Assembly (NCBI RefSeq): GCF_001194135.2
Contig: NC_068989.1
Coordinates: 83,460,613 to 83,498,491 of the forward strand
Direction of reading: 5' to 3'
DNA: 37,879 nucleotides
Origin: Octopus bimaculoides
Lineage: Eukaryota
The first letter of the stretch is position 1, and the number at the start of each line of letters is the position of its first letter. The position numbers and the translations under genes were made by a program. The notes beneath the pieces were generated by a model. It was not told the DNA's origin and did not search any database. It saw only the letters and a list, made by a program, of their open reading frames with translations. Below, one piece after another: positions 31,096 to 37,879 of this stretch.

Positions 31096-32819
31096 ATAAC
31101 ACTAACATAACACTTCCATATAAAATATCTACATACCATCTACATAACAAAGCTAAGTAATACGTCTACGATGCAAAACACGTCTATGTAACACACCAAA
31201 GCAACACAATAACGCAACACATTAACACTGCACACTAACATAATATGACCCAGCAATACAGCACACACCAACAATGCGTGTGCATACATACACATACACA
31301 GATACGAGCAAAACCCAACTCCCAACCATCACATCATCTCTCTTCACAGACATAATTAGATAAACACGAATCACATGAAATATCATTCCCCTATTCCCAT
31401 CATTCCCAACATACAGACAAGGTGTGTGAATGAGTGTGTGTACGTGTGCATGCTTGAGTATGTATATATATCTAGATGTACATGAAACTATATATATATA
31501 NNNNNNNNNNNNNNNNNNNNNNNNNNNNNNNNNNNNNNNNNNNNNNNNNNNNNNNNNNNNNNNNNNNNNNNNNNNNNNNNNNNNNNNNNNNNNNNNNNNN
31601 NNNNNNNNNNNNNNNNNNNNNNNNNNNNNNNNNNNNNNNNNNNNNNNNNNNNNNNNNNNNNNNNNNNNNNNNNNNNNNNNNNNNNNNNNNNNNNNNNNNN
31701 NNNNNNNNNNNNNNNNNNNNNNNNNNNNNNNNNNNNNNNNNNNNNNNNNNNNNNNNNNNNNNNNNNNNNNNNNNNNNNNNNNNNNNNNNNNNNNNNNNNN
31801 NNNNNNNNNNNNNNNNNNNNNNNNNNNNNNNNNNNNNNNNNNNNNNNNNNNNNNNNNNNNNNNNNNNNNNNNNNNNNNNNNNNNNNNNNNNNNNNNNNNN
31901 NNNNNNNNNNNNNNNNNNNNNNNNNNNNNNNNNNNNNNNNNNNNNNNNNNNNNNNNNNNNNNNNNNNNNNNNNNNNNNNNNNNNNNNNNNNNNNNNNNNN
32001 NNNNNNNNNNNNNNNNNNNNNNNNNNNNNATATATATATATATATATAGAATAATTTGAAGGTATGTATGGATGAATATATTTCAATATATATACGCAAT
32101 TACATATGTGTGTATGTCTGATTGCAAATTTAGATAGGAAGAGGCCAGACATAACTACAAAGACACAGATCTAAAAGAAAGACAGAACACTTCAGCTTCA
32201 GGACATCATCTTTACACTCTCTACACACAATGTTGACGTCACTTCCTGTGCACTGTAAATGGCGTCCTCAGTTTGGTTTCGGGGGAAGATAATTGTAGTT
32301 AAGGTATTTTTTGTTGTTGCTGGTGGTGGTAGTGGTGGTTATTGTGTCGTTGTTATTGTTATTCGAGGTGAAGGTGGTGGCGATTGCGTAAGAATAGTAG
32401 CGGTGGATGGTGTGGTGGTTCTTATGGTGCCAATAATAGTGTTGGTAGTGATGGTAGTGATGTAGGTTATTATTAATGATTTTAATAGTGGAGTGGTAGT
32501 GTCGATTGTAATATTGGTAGTGGCAGAGGTGTGGATAATCGTACTGGTTGAATTGTGGTGATGAAGGATATACTGATAATAGTAGTAAGCAGTAACAGCG
32601 TTGGGGTGGGTAGATTAGTTGCGGTATTCAAGGGTGGCATTGCTATTGAAATGTAGAGGAAATTTCACGCTGTTGTTGTTATTGTTTATATCACTGCTGT
32701 TGTTTTTGTTGTGTTACCGGATCACATCGAACTGGCATGCAGCGATCAATATAAGACAATCAATATTTAGATAACATGGATTTGAAACATTTGCTTGTCG
32801 CTGAATATCTGTGTTCCAG

Positions 32820-32821
<2 letters not shown>

Positions 32822-32894
<73 letters not shown>

Positions 32895-33217
32895 CACATA
32901 CATATGTATACATATATATATACACATATGTATACATATATATACACATGTATACATATATATACATAGACATAAATACATACACACACATATCTATATA
33001 TATACATACATATATACATGCATGCATATACACACACATATATATATATATATATATACATATATATATACACAGACTCATACACACATCGATATAATAT
33101 ATACATACAGATATATACATATATATATATACATATATATATATACACACATATATACGCACACACACATACAGACTCTTCTACACAAATAGATATAATA
33201 TTTACATATATACACAA

Positions 33218-33271
<54 letters not shown>

Positions 33272-33272
33272 T

Positions 33273-33318
<46 letters not shown>

Positions 33319-33320
33319 CA
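32822..33320. repeat. Compound (CA)/(TA)/(GATA) microsatellite block
   Basis: Direct inspection. Confidence 0.97.
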
Positions 33321-33631
33321 TACAAAGGAATGAAAATATAAGGTAGGCTTCTCAAAGTGCCCCAAAACATTCTTGGTGTATTTAACGATTCATTGGCGAC
33401 ATAGCTCAAATTTTTTTTTTTTTTATAGCAAAACTGTAAAGGTATTTTGATGCCGAAAATTTATTCCCAGAAGGTTTTAGTACAAAACTTACATTAGCTA
33501 CAATAAACAGATGCAAACTTTTTTTTACCTAACAACTCTTATGATCCTACTGATGTCATGAATACACGTGTGGCTATATTTATATGCATTTATGTCAGGA
33601 TACTTAATTTTGCACCATGTAAAGGGGTTTG

Positions 33632-33968
33632 TTCTCTTTTACTTGTTTCAGTGGTTGAACATTCAGCCTTGCTAGAGTATCGCTTTGAAGAGTTTAGTTG
33701 ATCAAATCGTTCCCCAGGCGTTATCTTAAGACTGATACTAATCGACTACTTTTGCCTAGCCACTAGGTTACATGGCCGTACATAAACCAGAACCCGTTGT
33801 CAAGTGTTGTGAGTCGAACGCACACACATGTTTATAAAGAGAGAGAGAAAGAAGGGGGAGACAATTACGTCAGGCTGCTGTACTGTTAGTGATCGGTCTG
33901 GGGCTATAGTAAATGGCTCTTGCCTAAGGTTCCACACAATCGAAATTCTTCACCACATAACCATACTT
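33632..33968 (-). mobile_element. SINE family B, old diverged copy
   Basis: CTCTTTTACTTGTTTCAGT...CTTTTGCC...GTTGTCAAG...GGGGCTATAGTAAATGGCTCTTGCCTAAGGTTCCACACA. Confidence 0.7.
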
Positions 33969-35101
33969 GCGTATTTTATACTTATGTTCTGATCAATTTT
34001 CAGTTCAGTCTATTTATCATTTGATGATGTTAGCTTATGTAGTATAGTGTTTTAAATGCTAAGAACACGACTATAACTATCTTTTATGGAGTTTCTGTTG
34101 AAGGGTTTCTTGCAGCGGAGATGAACTAGGATGTCACCTTATTTATTAAAATTAGGGAATTTTTTGCAATATTTGCCTTAACGTTTAACGAAAAAGTTAC
34201 GTCTAGTTATAATTTTGAATGGGTTGTGTGAGGAGATGTAAGTTAATCCGTCTTTCAAACCATTATTTGCTATAACACAATAGTAATTGGGATTGCTTTG
34301 TGAAAAAATTATTTGATTGAAGGTTGGAAATTCTACTACTGTTAATAATTCGGTTTTTAAACATTGTGTGAAAATGACAGCAATTTTTATTTATATATGT
34401 GAAATTCGCGTTTGGATATTTTCCCGGTTTGTATTTGTTTGTGTATATATTAGAAGTAACACCGAGAAAACAATACAAAGGTTAATGGTTATGTCTAGTT
34501 CAAACCGAGATTCTTGAATATCCTAATGAGGTCAACGCTGAAGCGTGAAGAGAAATGGCTAACCCATCATCTCTGTATAATCCTATGTTTCATGCAGCGA
34601 ATTGCTTCTTCATTATATCTAATATATAAACAGACAGACAAGATCGCATATATCTGCAGCTTAATGACCCCCATACTAGCGTCGAAAGAACTTGTGAAGC
34701 TTGATTCTCTGAGCCAGAGAGAATGCTTCTTTAAAACTAGAACCTTCAATGCATAATTTTTTTTCTATGCTTATGTTGTCTATGTGATCGAGAAAAAATG
34801 AAAATGAAAGGAGAGCGAAAGAAAGATGGTGTGGAGAAGCAACAAGTGGACAAAACAATGTCAGGTCATTAAAAAAATAACGAGAACAAGTTTGTCTGTA
34901 ACATATCTTTATAGTATATTATATTTATACGGTTGATTTGAGTTTTAACTGTGTATCAAACACACGCACTTATACGTATATATATATATATATATATNNN
35001 NNNNNNNNNNNNNNNNNNNNNNNNNNNNNNNNNNNNNNNNNNNNNNNNNNNNNNNNNNNNNNNNNNNNNNNNNNNNNNNNNNNNNNNNNNNNNATAGATA
35101 G

Positions 35102-35170
35102 ATAACTAATAATGTCATATTCACACATGGAGTGAGTGTGTTTATGTATATAATAGAAGTCTTGAAAAAA
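35102..35170 (+). repeat. 69 bp direct repeat, copy 1
   Basis: ATAACTAATAATGTCATATTCACACATGGAGTGAGTGTGTTTATG...; 64/69 identical to 36531-36599. Confidence 0.92.
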
Positions 35171-35178
35171 ACATGAAC

Positions 35179-35223
<45 letters not shown>

Positions 35224-35967
35224 TGTATATAATACATACTTACATGTGTGTGTATGTGTGTGTGCAGCTACGTAACCATTATCTACGTAATAATCCAACA
35301 ACCAATACTTATGCCAACATTACACTTCTTTCTCTCTCTCGGGTCTTAACTTTTCCTCTCTATCTACTTCAGTCTATCTCTATCAACACAATGTATCTTT
35401 TTCCTCATACATATATCCATTCTCTGTCTGTCTATCTCTCTCTCTCTCTCTCTTACACTGTTTTTTATTCATACACACATACTCACTCTCTCTCTTCTGT
35501 TTCTCTCTCTCTCTCACTCACATACACATCTACCCTGTTAACTAAGCTGGCCTCTTATCATACAAATACCATGCTTTGATTTATTCCACAGACTTAAAGT
35601 GATTTTCAGAAAGAAAATAATTAAAGTTTAAAACAACAGCAACAATTACAATAAACAAATGTTCGTGGTGATGATGATGATGATGATATTGTTGCTGGTT
35701 TCCTACAACAACAAATAATAATAATAATAATAATAATGCAATAATAACAGATTAAAGTTATCATTATGTGCATGTAATTAATTGAATTCTTCTGTAGATT
35801 GGAGAGTAGGGGTGCACTTGAGGAATGTCGGGGAGCTGGTTGTGTCTTGGGGGTGGGGTTGAGTAAAGACAGAATAGAAAGAAGAAGAGAAGGAGGAAAA
35901 GTATTAAAAGCCGACGGAGGAATGCTGGGTCGGTGGAAGGTAAAATATTTGAAATAAAAACAGCAGT

Positions 35968-36018
<51 letters not shown>

Positions 36019-36530
36019 AATGGAAGAGGAGGAAAAAGAAGAAAAATGGGTGGAGGTAGAAAATTTTCAATTGTTAAAATAAAATTCTCGAAGCGAAGTT
36101 TAAAAATTGAATTTGGAGAATGAGAATGAGAGGTGTATTATATATATATATATNNNNNNNNNNNNNNNNNNNNNNNNNNNNNNNNNNNNNNNNNNNNNNN
36201 NNNNNNNNNNNNNNNNNNNNNNNNNNNNNNNNNNNNNNNNNNNNNNNNNNNNNNNNNNNNGAGAGAGAGGGAGGGAGGGAGAGAGAGATGGCTAGAGAAA
36301 GAGTGAGTTTAGGAAAGCGAGCATGTGCGGAGAATAATGAAAACAGCGGGTTGTTAGATAGATAGATAGATAGATAGATAGAGGTGTTCGGCAAAACATG
36401 CGCTTTGCAACCAATTGAATAATATCCAGGAGTATAATGTTTATAGAGGATTATTTAGGCACGCCTGGATTCCTTATCAAAACTCCATGGATGTGTCGGA
36501 GTAACGACAATGAAAAACTTTCGGTTTAAA

Positions 36531-36599
36531 ATAACTAATAATGTCATATTCACTCATGGAGTGAGTGTGTTTATGTATGTAGTAGAAATCTTGCAAAAA
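36531..36599 (+). repeat. 69 bp direct repeat, copy 2
   Basis: ATAACTAATAATGTCATATTCACTCATGGAGTGAGTGTGTTTATG...; matches 35102-35170. Confidence 0.92.
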
Positions 36600-37039
36600 A
36601 AAGAAAGAAACATGAATGTAAGTTTAAAAGACAGACAATGAGAGACATAGAGAGAGGGACAGCGAAAGAAAGAAAGAAAGAGAGAGAGAGAAAGAGAAGG
36701 GGTATTATAAGTTTGGCGGAATGTTCGAAAAGGATAGAAAAAACTGCAGTAAGAACACAAGAATGTGAAATAATGATTGAGAAGAAGAAGGGAAAGAAGA
36801 TTATGCATTGAGAATAATAAAAGCTGAATTTCTTGAAAGAGTGGGGGTGAGAGGAGACGGTGTTGGTGGGAAGATATATTTCCGGTAGCCGAGGTAGGTA
36901 AGTGAGGGTGGGTAGAGTGGTAGAGGCGGAAATGATTGGCGGGAAAAACGGTCGGTAGAAATACATGGAGAATGTATAATTGCCATTAGCAGAGGAATCA
37001 ATAAGGTTTGAGCGCGTGACACACTGCCTGGATGTTGTG

Positions 37040-37500
37040 TTGGTAGCAGGGGGTGGGGGGTGATAGTAAGGGGGGGGCTTGAAGTGGTGGTTGCGGCGGT
37101 GGCGGCAGTGCTGCTAGTAAAGGTAGTAGTGTTAGTGGTAGATCTATTAGCGAAGGCAGTGATGATGTTGGTTCTAGTAGTAGTAACGATGGTGATGGTA
37201 ATGGTGGCGGTGGTGGTGCTGCTGCTGTCATAGTGGTGGTGACAGGTATAATGGGGGGGGGGTTTAATGGCGGTGCTAGTGGTGATGGTGGTGATAATTA
37301 TGGTTGTGATGGTAGCGGTGCGGTGATAGATTGATGGCGGTGATGACGGTTGGCGGATGATGATGAGGCGTGTTGTGTTGGTTTGAAAAACGCATTGTGT
37401 CAGGTTGCACGTAGCAACTGCACTGACGATGGAGGGGGAGGAGGAGGGGGAAGAGAAAGAGAAATTCAGTAGTAGTAGTAGTAGTAGCAGTAGTAGATAA
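37040..37500. repeat. (GGT/GAT/AGT)-rich low-complexity region
   Basis: Degenerate trinucleotide repeats and G runs. Confidence 0.85.
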
Positions 37501-37655
37501 TGTTGCTGATTTGATGGTGAAAGTGATAATGAAAGTAAGGATTTCTACGCACCAATCGTGTCAAATACACTGCCTGAAATTCATCATATATATATGTATA
37601 TATATATACGTGAGCGTATATAATACATACATATACACATGCATACGTACATACA

Positions 37656-37701
<46 letters not shown>

Positions 37702-37879
37702 GCAGACGTATGCACATTTACATACAAATATACATACATATAAATTCGTCTCCGTGTATACTCTGACGCTTCACTTGGCTTCAATCATCGGACCGTAGTC
37801 ATGTCGAAGTGCCGCCATCAATGGCTTCGTCGATCATGTAGACTTCAAAGTATATATTTTTCAGTTTAGTCGGGGGGGG

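Noticed and set aside
36998-37231. Proline-rich 77 aa minus-strand ORF
   Set aside because: Explained by (GGT)n low-complexity DNA; no domain and no splice context.

Overview
This window is 37.9 kb of AT-rich, microsatellite-saturated, gap-containing eukaryotic genomic DNA. The SINE repertoire and the (AT)n-flanked N-gaps point to an Octopus assembly (inference from my recognition of the repeats, not a database hit). I find no supportable intact protein-coding gene, tRNA/rRNA gene or CRISPR array, and nearly all ORFs in the track are translated microsatellites or gaps. The window is intergenic or intronic. It holds five working families of tRNA-headed SINEs (labelled A-E here), several DNA-transposon MITEs (mariner, Tc1-type, pogo/Tigger, hAT, fold-back) and two LINE 3' fragments (CR1/L2-group-like and RTE-BovB-like). 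Main observations: (1) SINE family E carries a minimal type I hammerhead ribozyme of the Penelope-like-element kind and occurs twice as a head-to-head inverted pair with the same asymmetry. (2) A LINE 3' end shares its last ~39 nt with SINE family B, including a compensatory base-pair change in a terminal hairpin, which suggests the partner LINE. (3) A ~280 bp structured insert has a TATA/Inr core promoter and two hammerhead-like modules. (4) There is a candidate recursive splice site (AG|GTAAGT) on the minus strand.
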